From: a virus | DNA: 64,000 bases | Strand: one strand, 5' to 3' | IMG/VR virus record: IMGVR_UViG_3300042566_002057 | Coordinates: 64,001-128,000 of that record | Shown here: piece by piece, positions 19,474-28,619 of the stretch | Layout of the letters: each line of letters opens with the position of its first letter | Position numbering within the stretch: the first letter of the stretch is position 1 | The notes under the pieces: model-generated | The model's database searches: none | The model's input: the letters and a program-made list of their open reading frames with translations, nothing else | What the model was told of the DNA's origin: nothing | Translations under genes and position numbers: made by a program

Positions 19474-20490
19474 ATGAAATTTGACTGGAATGATATCTCA
19501 ATAGTGCCTGCGGTTTTGAGTAGTATTTCGTCTAGAAGTGAAATTAATCCACTTTATGATGGTAAACTACCTTTATTTACAGCTCCTATGGACAAAGTTG
19601 TTGATGAAACTAATATTAATCAATTTGTTGATAATAATATAAACGTTTGTTTACCAAGACACGTAAAATGGGAGACTATAAAAAATCCAGACTATTTCTA
19701 TTCTTATAGTTTAGATGAAATAATTGAGATTATTGATAATCACGGTGAGCTACCTAGGAGAATTCTTATAGATGTTGCTAATGGTCATATGGAGAAGTTG
19801 TTTAATACAGCTGCTTTAATCAAACAGTTTTTTGGTGATAAGATAGAATTAATGGTTGGTAATATTGCTAATCCAGAAACTTATAAAAGATACTGTCAAA
19901 TTGGAGTGGATTATGTAAGAGTTGGAATTGGTGGTGGATCGGCTTGTACAACATCAGCAAATGTTTCAATTCATTATCCAATGGCTTCTTTAATCAATGA
20001 GTGTGCTGATTGGAAACACGTTTATGACAAACCAACTAAAATTGTGGCTGATGGTGGATTTAGAAACTTCTCTGATATCATAAAAGCACTGGCACTTGGT
20101 GCAGACTATGTAATGTTAGGTGGTGTGTTTAATAAATGTTTAGAAAGTTGCGGAGATAACTTCTTCAAAGACTCAAATGGCATTTATCATGTTATTGACT
20201 CTGATAGAGCCAAAACTCATTTCGACGAAGATATTGATGTTTATAAATATTACAGAGGAATGTCTACAAAAGAAGTTCAGAAATCTTGGAATAAATCTCA
20301 ACTTAAAACCGGAGAAGGTATTACAAAGTACAATAAAGTAGAATATACATTAGAAGGTTGGTGTGAGAATTTTACAGATTATCTTAAATCAGCAATGTCT
20401 TATACTAACTGTAGAACTTTAGAAGAGTTTATTAACAATGTTCAGTTTGAGAAAATTACACCGATGGCTTTCAATAGGTTTAATAAGTAA
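19474..20490 (+). CDS. GMP reductase / IMP dehydrogenase family protein (no CBS domains)
   Basis: APMD, IDVANGH, GIGGGSACTT, IVADGG, YRGMST, SAMSY. Confidence 0.9.
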   Translation: MKFDWNDISIVPAVLSSISSRSEINPLYDGKLPLFTAPMDKVVDETNINQFVDNNINVCLPRHVKWETIKNPDYFYSYSLDEIIEIIDNHGELPRRILIDVANGHMEKLFNTAALIKQFFGDKIELMVGNIANPETYKRYCQIGVDYVRVGIGGGSACTTSANVSIHYPMASLINECADWKHVYDKPTKIVADGGFRNFSDIIKALALGADYVMLGGVFNKCLESCGDNFFKDSNGIYHVIDSDRAKTHFDEDIDVYKYYRGMSTKEVQKSWNKSQLKTGEGITKYNKVEYTLEGWCENFTDYLKSAMSYTNCRTLEEFINNVQFEKITPMAFNRFNK

Positions 20491-21291
20491 TTATTTCTTC
20501 ACCATAAAGAACCAACCAGAGGATGATTGACCTTTTACTTCTTCTTCTACTTGTTGAATTTCCTCTTTTCCCTGAGTCACTAAATCAGCTGCCTGTATTT
20601 TAACACCACCTGGTAGTGTAAAGTCATATCTTCCCACTAAGTTTCCTAACTGCATTTTAGAGTAACCAACTACATACTTAAAGAAAAGATCATCTCTGAA
20701 TAAGTTTTCAGCTGGTATGTTAGCATAAGCTTCCATTATAACATCATACTTAACGTTTGTAAGTATATGTAGTCTGTGATTTAGTTGATTGAATTGATAC
20801 TTAAGAGTATATTTATTTAACTGATTCAACATATCTGACATCGAATCTAATATGGTTTTGTAGACACCTAATTCACCAATCGTAGTAACATAAGATGATA
20901 AGTAAGGTTGGTTGGTAACACCTAAGTTCACTGATAAATTTGGTGTGTTGATACCTAATTGGAAAAGACTATCACCTCTTACTTCATATAAATAAATAAC
21001 TGATTGAATTTCACAAGGCACATTAACAAAATTATATTTGGTAAATTCCTCAGCAAAGAAAGCTTCTTTTCTAATTAAAAAATACATCTTCTGGACAGCG
21101 AATTGATATTGACGATAAAACCAAGGTAAAGCTCTGGTCTCAATAATTTGTCTGACACTTGCATCAGGTAAAGTCTTTGGAAGTGCACATTGAATTGTGA
21201 GCTCATTCTGTACGAAATCTATAAACTCTTCAATCGTGTAACCACCTTGATATGGTACATATTCATCACCGTAACCATTTATTGATGCCAT
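20491..21291 (-). CDS. Putative neck/head-completion protein (T4 gp13-like)
   Basis: Y.FN...RLHI and FFKYVVGYSKMQLG..VGRY...LPGGV.I C-terminal pattern; late-type promoter. Confidence 0.6.
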   Translation of the reverse strand: MASINGYGDEYVPYQGGYTIEEFIDFVQNELTIQCALPKTLPDASVRQIIETRALPWFYRQYQFAVQKMYFLIRKEAFFAEEFTKYNFVNVPCEIQSVIYLYEVRGDSLFQLGINTPNLSVNLGVTNQPYLSSYVTTIGELGVYKTILDSMSDMLNQLNKYTLKYQFNQLNHRLHILTNVKYDVIMEAYANIPAENLFRDDLFFKYVVGYSKMQLGNLVGRYDFTLPGGVKIQAADLVTQGKEEIQQVEEEVKGQSSSGWFFMVKK

Positions 21292-21357
21292 AAAATATTT
21301 TTAATTTTGTTTATATATTAATTTGGTGAATCTACTTATTATGACTATATTTGTAAT

Positions 21358-21537
21358 ATGAAAACAGGGATATTAAATATTGGAAAATTTACTAAAGAAG
21401 ATTCATTAAAAGCTTCTCGAAAAGCTTCTAGAGAAATGTCTCTTGAGAATTCCACTGGATGGATATCTACTCATAAAGCACATAAATCTATTAAAGATTA
21501 CACTAGAAAATCTAAACACAAAGTTTCTTACATCTAA
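21358..21537 (+). CDS. Small basic protein missed by the ORF track (59 aa), possibly ArfA-like/ribosome-binding
   Basis: [59 protein letters not shown]; class A promoter at 21346-53. Confidence 0.6.
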   Translation: MKTGILNIGKFTKEDSLKASRKASREMSLENSTGWISTHKAHKSIKDYTRKSKHKVSYI

Positions 21538-22283
21538 GATTGATAAGACTTTCTTATAAAGTATGACAGTGGAGTTTTTGTTAAAATTTCTTCTTCAGAT
21601 AGTTTTTCAGCTTCTCTATAAATTAAACTAGTAACCATTACAAAAGGTTGAAAGTCTTTAGTCAAATTTTTATAATTCTCATAAGGCTTTTCAATAAATT
21701 CTTTATATGATTCACCCCAAGATATTGGATATACTGTTTCTTTAGCATTCAGTATTAAATACTCAGATAAGTATCCAGAATGTTGAAACCTTATTTTCTG
21801 AAGAATATGCTCACCAATTTCGGTCCATTTAATTTTAGACTTACTTTCTAATAAAATTTCCATTTTATTTTTCCATTCTAACATCAGTCTTGTTGATGGT
21901 CTACTTGCAAAAACACCATTTATTAATATTGATGTTTTTTTTCTTGGTTCGTCAATTAAAAATCCTTCTTTTGTTTTTAATATATTAAATACTTCTGATA
22001 AATCTGACATAACAATAGTATCACTATCTAACCAAAGACCACCCCATTTACAAATTACCTGAACTCTTAACCAATCTGCTTGATGTGTTAAAGATAGTTT
22101 CCAAAAATAATCAGGAATACGATTAACATAATCCTTTATATTTTCGTGATTTATAAAATGAACGGTGTAATTTTTTCCACCAGCGGAATGATGGTAGATA
22201 AGAGCTCTTAAAAACTTTATTACTTTATATTCCTTACCTACCCAAAAAATAAAAACATTATTATCATTTGGATTCACCATCAC
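21534..22283 (-). CDS. DXD glycosyltransferase (capsular polysaccharide synthesis/GT32-like)
   Basis: [19 protein letters not shown]. Confidence 0.8.
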   Translation of the reverse strand: MMVNPNDNNVFIFWVGKEYKVIKFLRALIYHHSAGGKNYTVHFINHENIKDYVNRIPDYFWKLSLTHQADWLRVQVICKWGGLWLDSDTIVMSDLSEVFNILKTKEGFLIDEPRKKTSILINGVFASRPSTRLMLEWKNKMEILLESKSKIKWTEIGEHILQKIRFQHSGYLSEYLILNAKETVYPISWGESYKEFIEKPYENYKNLTKDFQPFVMVTSLIYREAEKLSEEEILTKTPLSYFIRKSYQS

Positions 22284-23347
22284 AATTGAAAGTTCTTAGA
22301 TTCTTTAAGTTTTGTTAAAACTTCTTTTTCTTCACTATCTATTTTCTTAGGAATTCTAACAGATAGTTTTATAAAGAGGTCTCCGGTCCCATAAGTAATA
22401 TCTGGAACACCTTTACCAGTAACTCTTACTACTTGACCTGACTCAGTTCCAGGATCCACTGTTATTAAAATATCACCGTGTGGTGTTTTAACAGAAACTT
22501 GATTACCTAATATTGCATCTAAAACTGATATATCTTTTTCAACTACTAAATTAGCTCCTTCTCTTTTAAAGTAGAATTCTTTGATTTCCTCAATAACTAT
22601 ATGTAAGTCACCTGGACTACCATCTTTTATGTTATTACCATATCCATGCATTGTTAGATGCATATTATCTGAAACACCTTTTGGAACTTCAACCTCAACA
22701 ACTTGGTCTTTTAAAACTGTTCCATTTCCGTGACAAACTCCACAGATATTTTGTACTCTTTTACCAGCACCCTGACAATCAGGACAAGTGGTATTAGTTC
22801 TTATCTGTCCAAATGGTGTATTTTGTACTACTTGTCTTTGACCAGTTCCATTACAAGGTAAACAATCTTTTACTCCTGTACCACCAGCTCCGTTACAACT
22901 ATGACAACTATCTTGTCTTCTGTATCTAATTTTTTTAGTAGTTCCTTTTAGAATATCTTCAATGGTAACAGAAATTTTAAGTCTTAAATCCGAACCTTTT
23001 CTTCTTTGTTGTTGTCTTCTTCCACCACCGAATCCACTACCAAAAATATCACCAAATTGACTAAATATATCATCCATATTAAATCCGTGACCAAACTGTT
23101 CACCGAATGGATTACCACCACCGAATGGATTACCAGAACTTCCAAACCTATCGTAGTTTTGGCGTTTCTCACTATTAGATAGTGTATCATAAGCTTCAGC
23201 CGCTTCTTTAAATTTAGTCTCAGCTTCTGGATTGTCAGGGTTTTTATCTGGATGGTATTTCATAGCAGCTTTTCTGTAAGCTTTTTTGATATCATCTTCT
23301 GATGCTCCTTTGTCTACTCCAAGTACCTGATAATAATCTTTACTCAT
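22280..23347 (-). CDS. dnaJ: Chaperone DnaJ
   Basis: J domain with HPD, G/F region, four CxxCxGxG repeats. Confidence 0.97.
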   Translation of the reverse strand: MSKDYYQVLGVDKGASEDDIKKAYRKAAMKYHPDKNPDNPEAETKFKEAAEAYDTLSNSEKRQNYDRFGSSGNPFGGGNPFGEQFGHGFNMDDIFSQFGDIFGSGFGGGRRQQQRRKGSDLRLKISVTIEDILKGTTKKIRYRRQDSCHSCNGAGGTGVKDCLPCNGTGQRQVVQNTPFGQIRTNTTCPDCQGAGKRVQNICGVCHGNGTVLKDQVVEVEVPKGVSDNMHLTMHGYGNNIKDGSPGDLHIVIEEIKEFYFKREGANLVVEKDISVLDAILGNQVSVKTPHGDILITVDPGTESGQVVRVTGKGVPDITYGTGDLFIKLSVRIPKKIDSEEKEVLTKLKESKNFQL

Positions 23348-23362
23348 AAGTTAATTTTATTT

Positions 23363-23677
23363 TTATGATAATAATTGTCTAATTTTTGATTCTCTATATA
23401 TCTGTGTAGGTGTTTCCGTCAATCGGATAACAACATATCTATTATAATCTATAATAAACTCATTGTTGTAGACTCTTGATTTTAAAATAGGTAACTCTTC
23501 TATTATTTCCTTAAAGATGTTGTTGGCATCCTCAAGTTTCCAATCTTTCATCTCAGTAAGTCTATTACAAAAATAATCCATACAAGGACTTGCGGTGTCG
23601 ATTACTTTTGATAAAAACAAATCTGACTTAAATGATTCAGGTGATGAATCTGATATTTCAACATACCAATCAATCAT
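23363..23677 (-). CDS. Hypothetical protein with C-terminal tag
   Basis: Ends YRESKIRQLLS. Confidence 0.6.
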   Translation of the reverse strand: MIDWYVEISDSSPESFKSDLFLSKVIDTASPCMDYFCNRLTEMKDWKLEDANNIFKEIIEELPILKSRVYNNEFIIDYNRYVVIRLTETPTQIYRESKIRQLLS

Positions 23678-24251
23678 TTATCAATTTTTTAATTTTTTTA
23701 TCTCTCTGAAATTTCTCAATGTCCTTATTTATATCACTAGCATCAAGTACTGATTTAACAATCTTAGCGATATAATTATCTACTATCAACTCTAAGGTTT
23801 GAGATGTTCTATCTAAGTACTCAAAAATATCTAAACAAGATTTGGATATTTTTATCATCTTTATGAAATAATCTATAAACTCATCAATATCAAAAGAAAG
23901 TTGATAAAGTTCAAGTCTAAGTGGATTATCTAAAAATAACGGTGGTGGTTGTACATATATTTTATTGAAGACTCTTCTAATTGATGGTAATATTAAATCA
24001 GATATATTATCTTCACCTTCATATAATTCACCAAGTAGTCCATCAACATTGAATAGTTGTGACTTTTTTACTATTACATAATCAAGTAATTCTAAAAATT
24101 CCATTTGATGTCTAGTCTCAATTCCTTTACTTAAAACCGTGAACAATTCTCTTTTGTAAAGTTCATCTTGAGCTATATCAAAAAATGAAATACTTTTAGA
24201 TTTACGCATTTCTACCCAATATAATTTTTGGATATCTGAAAGGTTTTCCAT
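23670..24251 (-). CDS. Hypothetical protein with C-terminal tag and a capsid-like LPSIRRVF segment
   Basis: Ends QRDKKIKKLIND; internal DLILPSIRRVFNKIYVQP. Confidence 0.55.
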   Translation of the reverse strand: MENLSDIQKLYWVEMRKSKSISFFDIAQDELYKRELFTVLSKGIETRHQMEFLELLDYVIVKKSQLFNVDGLLGELYEGEDNISDLILPSIRRVFNKIYVQPPPLFLDNPLRLELYQLSFDIDEFIDYFIKMIKISKSCLDIFEYLDRTSQTLELIVDNYIAKIVKSVLDASDINKDIEKFQRDKKIKKLIND

Positions 24252-24690
24252 TTAGAGTATATCCTTTAGAAACAATATCAACTACTCTTTCTACTTCTGA
24301 TGGCATGATACTGATAACTTCGTGTAAATCCTCATCATATACTTCAGTTTGAATTTCTTCAATACCCTGTGACTTTAGAAAACTTTCTAATTTAGTTGAA
24401 ATTAGTTTTAGACCTTCACTAGCTTCTGGATTTTTTATAGACTTGATAGCAAAACAAAGGTCGTTATCCATATCTAAAATAGATGTTAACATCTTGACTT
24501 TAGTTGATACCATCAAATCTTCTTTATCTTTCTGAGTTCTTTTTTTATAATTATCAAACTCAGCATAAAGTCTTACATACTTTTCTTCTGATTCAGATAA
24601 CAATTTAGATAATTCTTCTAATCTATCAGAGTTATCAGAAACTTGATTTTCTTCTACCACGTTTTGTTCTTCTGTTTTGTTTTCTTTCAT
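24202..24690 (-). CDS. grpE: Nucleotide exchange factor GrpE
   Basis: RLYAEFDNYKKR, D..LHE.I, KGYTLNGK..R. Confidence 0.9.
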   Translation of the reverse strand: MKENKTEEQNVVEENQVSDNSDRLEELSKLLSESEEKYVRLYAEFDNYKKRTQKDKEDLMVSTKVKMLTSILDMDNDLCFAIKSIKNPEASEGLKLISTKLESFLKSQGIEEIQTEVYDEDLHEVISIMPSEVERVVDIVSKGYTLNGKPFRYPKIILGRNA

Positions 24691-24694
24691 AATA

Positions 24695-25180
24695 TTAATA
24701 ATTGAATTTTAATAATTTTTTAATTGTATTAGAGTTATAAAATTCATAAGTAACATTTTTATCTACAATCTTATGAATTTCTAATTTATCAACCTCAACT
24801 CGAATATCTTCAATATATTGAACGAGGTCTTTGAGAGCTTTTGTATAAGAAGTATTTGGTTCCCAATAGTCAGGAAATTTATCCAAAAATTTCTCAACAG
24901 CAGTATCAAAAGTCTTTTTTCTAACTAGTAATAGTTCTTTTTCTTTTGCTGATTTATTTGTAAGTAGTTCAACTAAATAGGTATTGAACTTGAAAATAAG
25001 ATTATCTGTTTCAATTACTTTTAGAAGTCCAATAACTAAAGCGTCTCTTTCTGTGAGTTCAACTTGACTGTTTTCTTTTAGAAGTTTCTCTGCTTCTTTG
25101 TCAGAACCTATAATGTAATAAACATAGTGATCCCACACACATCTACGTACTAAGTCTTCTGGTGTTAATAGAATTTGCAT
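24695..25180 (-). CDS. Hypothetical protein
   Basis: 161 aa ORF heading the grpE-dnaJ operon; class B promoter. Confidence 0.55.
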   Translation of the reverse strand: MQILLTPEDLVRRCVWDHYVYYIIGSDKEAEKLLKENSQVELTERDALVIGLLKVIETDNLIFKFNTYLVELLTNKSAKEKELLLVRKKTFDTAVEKFLDKFPDYWEPNTSYTKALKDLVQYIEDIRVEVDKLEIHKIVDKNVTYEFYNSNTIKKLLKFNY

Positions 25181-25365
25181 TTGTTAAGTTTTTCTTTTTT
25201 ATATGTCTAAACTCATTCAAAGTTTAGGTAAATAATTTTGTGAATTGATATCACAAAAAAAATTTATGAAAAAATATCTAAAAGTTGTAATTTTTTGTAA
25301 AAATCTCAATATATATGATACTTTTATTTTATTGAAATAAGAGATATAAAATTAATATTAATGAA

Positions 25366-25581
25366 TTGAAAAACATCATTAACTCTGAAGTGGACACACC
25401 TGACGGAAAGGCCACAATCAAAGAACTTTACATTACCGAATTGGGTTATCTTATGGTAAAGCTTCACTATAAAAACCGCAGTGTTTATAAAAACTTTAAG
25501 ATAGGTAATATTGAAGATTTACTTAAAAACGAAAGTATATTATTGAAAGAGTGTTGGTCAGAAAAAATTGAGTTAGTTTAA
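25366..25581 (+). CDS. Small hypothetical protein
   Basis: 71 aa ORF (TTG start) followed by a hairpin and T-run at 25570-25595. Confidence 0.5.
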   Translation: MKNIINSEVDTPDGKATIKELYITELGYLMVKLHYKNRSVYKNFKIGNIEDLLKNESILLKECWSEKIELV

Positions 25582-25640
25582 TCTAACTCTTTTTTGTTTT
25601 AAATATTTTATTATATATTTGTAAAATCTAATTAAGTGAC

Positions 25641-25826
25641 ATGGAACTAAACGAAAAAATTGAGTTAAACAAACAAATAAGACAATATAAAGGAGATAAT
25701 TCTTTTGTTCTTTCTTTACAAAAACAACTTAAAACGAATAAGTTTTTAGAAAAAGTAGAAGTCGGAGGTCGTCAAGTAAAAATTTTAAGTGAGAAACAAT
25801 ATCAAGCGGCTAAGACTGCTTTCTAA
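25641..25826 (+). CDS. Small hypothetical early protein
   Basis: Class A promoter at 25614-21; F..SL..Q...LSEKQ pattern. Confidence 0.55.
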   Translation: MELNEKIELNKQIRQYKGDNSFVLSLQKQLKTNKFLEKVEVGGRQVKILSEKQYQAAKTAF

Positions 25827-25844
25827 ATACTATTGATACTTGTT

Positions 25845-26255
25845 TTAATTCAATATCACCGGGTCAAATATGAAAGCTACACCTTCTATCTTATTATTAT
25901 TGATAAACTCTTCATTATCTACATAGTTGATGAATTTATCATAACCACCTAAGCTCATAAATTCTTTAATTTTACTACTATATGGTCCATAAAAATGGAC
26001 ATGAATATTTGTTATCTCCCAATTATTTGAGCAAATGTAATCTTTTGCTCTTTCAAAATATTCCCTAACATCTGACCATTGGAATAAATTATCATTTGAT
26101 ACTTCTACACAAAACATATCAACTCCTTGTGGTCTCATATCAATATCAACTTGATAACCAGAATCTTCAAGTTCAAGAAACATATCTTTAACATCTAATT
26201 CTAAATCATGATTGTATACGTTCTCAAATAAAATATACGGTTTTAAATGTTTCAT
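25845..26255 (-). CDS. Hypothetical protein with N-terminal tag
   Basis: Starts MKHLKPYILFEN. Confidence 0.6.
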   Translation of the reverse strand: MKHLKPYILFENVYNHDLELDVKDMFLELEDSGYQVDIDMRPQGVDMFCVEVSNDNLFQWSDVREYFERAKDYICSNNWEITNIHVHFYGPYSSKIKEFMSLGGYDKFINYVDNEEFINNNKIEGVAFIFDPVILN

Positions 26256-26842
26256 ATTTCATCAAATCTTTTTATCCTGAATATAGAACTTATGTTGTCA
26301 AGTTTAGCTTGTATATCACCTATTAATAATCGATGAATTCTATTAAACTGTCTGTTCTTCTGTATTTCTGTTAATATCTCAGATGTTTCTTGAAAATACT
26401 TATTTCTAAATCTTTCAGTAGCCGTAAAAGCATCAGATATATTTTGTAATCTATCTGCTAATTTTATGATAAGAGCATCATCTGACATATGAATCATTTT
26501 ATCGGTTAGATATTCTGTTTTACTACCATCATAACTATCATCAATTTCATCGCCATCTGATGTTAGTTCCCAAACTAAATTACCTACTCTTGTTCCAAAA
26601 AGTTCTTTCAGTTCAACTAATCCAACTTCTGGATCCTCATAACAATCTTCTAAAGTATCGTGTAGTAAAGCCGCGCAAAGTAAGTCTTCGTCAGTTGTGT
26701 ATTGTTTTACAATACCATTTACTTTAACAACATGTGCACCAAAGTAAGGTTTGTTTATGAATTTCCTTACCTGACCTTTATGTGCTTGTTTTGCGAAGTT
26801 CCAAGCTAGTTTTTCTTTTTCTGTAATTGGTCTATTTGCCAT
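26252..26842 (-). CDS. HD-domain small alarmone hydrolase (SpoT/Mesh1-like)
   Basis: AH.GQ.RK...PY..H, AALLHDTLED, IKLADRLQN. Confidence 0.85.
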   Translation of the reverse strand: MANRPITEKEKLAWNFAKQAHKGQVRKFINKPYFGAHVVKVNGIVKQYTTDEDLLCAALLHDTLEDCYEDPEVGLVELKELFGTRVGNLVWELTSDGDEIDDSYDGSKTEYLTDKMIHMSDDALIIKLADRLQNISDAFTATERFRNKYFQETSEILTEIQKNRQFNRIHRLLIGDIQAKLDNISSIFRIKRFDEI

Positions 26843-26902
26843 ATCAACTATATATAAACTTTCATAAATATAAACAATATAAATAAAAAATAAAATTAAT
26901 AT

Positions 26903-27100
26903 ATGTCAAGAATTGATTATGATGTTGAAGAGGTAATGTCTGAAAGACCAAGTTACCGTTATGAGAACAAAGAATATCTTTTAGAAGTATTTATGAACCA
27001 ATTAGGAATCACTGAGCAGGATTTAGAAAATGATCCTTCTTGGATGAGAGCTAAAGTTAGAGAAATGAATATCGATAAAGTATTGGATACTCAAAACTAA
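26903..27100 (+). CDS. Small hypothetical protein with C-terminal tag
   Basis: Ends VREMNIDKVLDTQN; class B promoter. Confidence 0.6.
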   Translation: MSRIDYDVEEVMSERPSYRYENKEYLLEVFMNQLGITEQDLENDPSWMRAKVREMNIDKVLDTQN

Positions 27101-27104
27101 TTAA

Positions 27105-27238
27105 TTAGTGTAGTGTAAATAGTCCTAGGTGACTGACCGGTATACAAATAGCACGTACTATTAGCCCTGGCAATAGAGGATACATCAAGCTTGTATCAGA
27201 TAGTAGGTTGAGGTAATAACCGTTAATCCTCACACAAA
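27105..27238 (+). ncRNA. Candidate tRNA-like RNA with expanded D, anticodon and T loops
   Basis: GTG/CAC acceptor core, TA, D stem GTGT/GCAC, anticodon stem TACTAT/ATAGTA, GGT, T stem TGAGG/CCTCA, all with canonical junction spacing. Confidence 0.5.
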
Positions 27239-27242
27239 AGTC

Positions 27243-27268
27243 AAACCTCACTTCGGTGAGGTTTTTTT
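27243..27268 (+). terminator. Intrinsic terminator with UUCG loop
   Basis: AAACCTCAC-TTCG-GTGAGGTTT followed by a T-run. Confidence 0.9.
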
Positions 27269-27323
27269 ATAAATAAATCTACAATCTAGTTGAAATTTAA
27301 GGTTTTTTTCTTATATTTGTATT

Positions 27324-27740
27324 ATGATAAACGAGACAAAAATTAAGCAGGTACAGGATAAAATCAAAGCAGCAATTGCTCAGATTGAAAAAGATGAAAA
27401 TGTTAAAATTGATTTTGGTTCAATTAGTTATACAAAAGCTTTTTATGGAGCTAAAATGACTGTTAAGACACTTGAAAAAACCGAAGCAGTTGTAGGTGTT
27501 TACGAAACAATTTGTAGACGACTTGGTTTCACACAAAATATCATTGGAATGCAATTTTATGGAACAAATGGTGTCTATGAAATTGTTGATATTAAAACAA
27601 AAAATAGAACTTATCCAGTTATTGCTAAATCAGTATCTTCTGGAAAACAATATAAATTTGCGGTAGAGCAAATCAAAAGATTAATCGGTGGTGATAAAAT
27701 TATCAATCGAACCGCAAATCTCGACAAATTAATCAAATAG
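27324..27740 (+). CDS. Hypothetical early protein with C-terminal tag
   Basis: Class A promoter; ends NRTANLDKLIK. Confidence 0.6.
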   Translation: MINETKIKQVQDKIKAAIAQIEKDENVKIDFGSISYTKAFYGAKMTVKTLEKTEAVVGVYETICRRLGFTQNIIGMQFYGTNGVYEIVDIKTKNRTYPVIAKSVSSGKQYKFAVEQIKRLIGGDKIINRTANLDKLIK

Positions 27741-28136
27741 ATGAACTTACATATAGACGATAAAGAATTTAACTTTTATGAATTTCCTGAAAAGATATCT
27801 CAATTAAAAAAGAAAAATAAAATTGATTTTGATATCTCAGTCTATATTTATGATAATCAAGTAAGACCAGTCAAAGATTTAGAATTTCTTAAAAATTTGA
27901 CTGAACTTCCTGATATAATACATGTTTCTAAATCTAAATATTATTATTGGGTTTTTACTGGATGTAAATTATTGGACATATCAGTAAATCAAGATAAAGG
28001 TTTTAGAGATTATAAAGACAGAGATATAGAAAAATTTGATGCCATAATTTCAATGTCTTATGTAGATGTTTATGGTTCTAATAATAAAAATTTAGTTGAT
28101 AGAGAAATTAAACTAAATCAACTTTTCGGAAATTAA
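27741..28136 (+). CDS. Hypothetical protein with C-terminal tag
   Basis: Ends DREIKLNQLFGN. Confidence 0.6.
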   Translation: MNLHIDDKEFNFYEFPEKISQLKKKNKIDFDISVYIYDNQVRPVKDLEFLKNLTELPDIIHVSKSKYYYWVFTGCKLLDISVNQDKGFRDYKDRDIEKFDAIISMSYVDVYGSNNKNLVDREIKLNQLFGN

Positions 28137-28158
28137 AATAATAAAAATAAAATGAAAT

Positions 28159-28578
28159 ATGAAGAAGGTAGGTTTTACTTGTTCTTGTTTTGACCTTTTT
28201 CACGCTGGTCATATAATGATGTTAAAAGAAGCTAAGTCAATTTGTGATTATCTTATTGTTGGATTACAAACAGATCCTACAATTGATAGACCAGAAAAAA
28301 ATAAACCTATACAAAGTGTATTTGAGAGATTTGTTCAATTAGAATCTTGTAAATATGTTGATGAAGTAGTTGTTTATGCAACTGAAAAAGATTTACTTGA
28401 TATTCTACACTCTTATCCAATTAATGTTAGAGTTGTTGGTGATGAATACAAAGACAAAGATTTTACCGGTAAACATTTAGAACATATCGAAATTTATTAC
28501 AATTCAAGAAAACACTCTTTCTCAACAACAGAACTCAGAAAAAGAGTTATCGATAGATACAACAAAGATAATCAATAG
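28159..28578 (+). CDS. Cytidylyltransferase (TagD/glycerol-3-phosphate cytidylyltransferase-like)
   Basis: FDLFHAGH (HxGH), DYLIVGLQTD, RKHSFSTT. Confidence 0.85.
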   Translation: MKKVGFTCSCFDLFHAGHIMMLKEAKSICDYLIVGLQTDPTIDRPEKNKPIQSVFERFVQLESCKYVDEVVVYATEKDLLDILHSYPINVRVVGDEYKDKDFTGKHLEHIEIYYNSRKHSFSTTELRKRVIDRYNKDNQ

Positions 28579-28619
28579 TCTTCTTTTATATATAAGTAAA
28601 TTTCCTTAAATTTGCTTTT

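Noticed and set aside
27738-27743. In-frame TAG-ATG junction suggesting read-through fusion of 27324 and 27741
   Set aside because: Each ORF has its own C-terminal tag, and tight stop-start coupling is common throughout the window.
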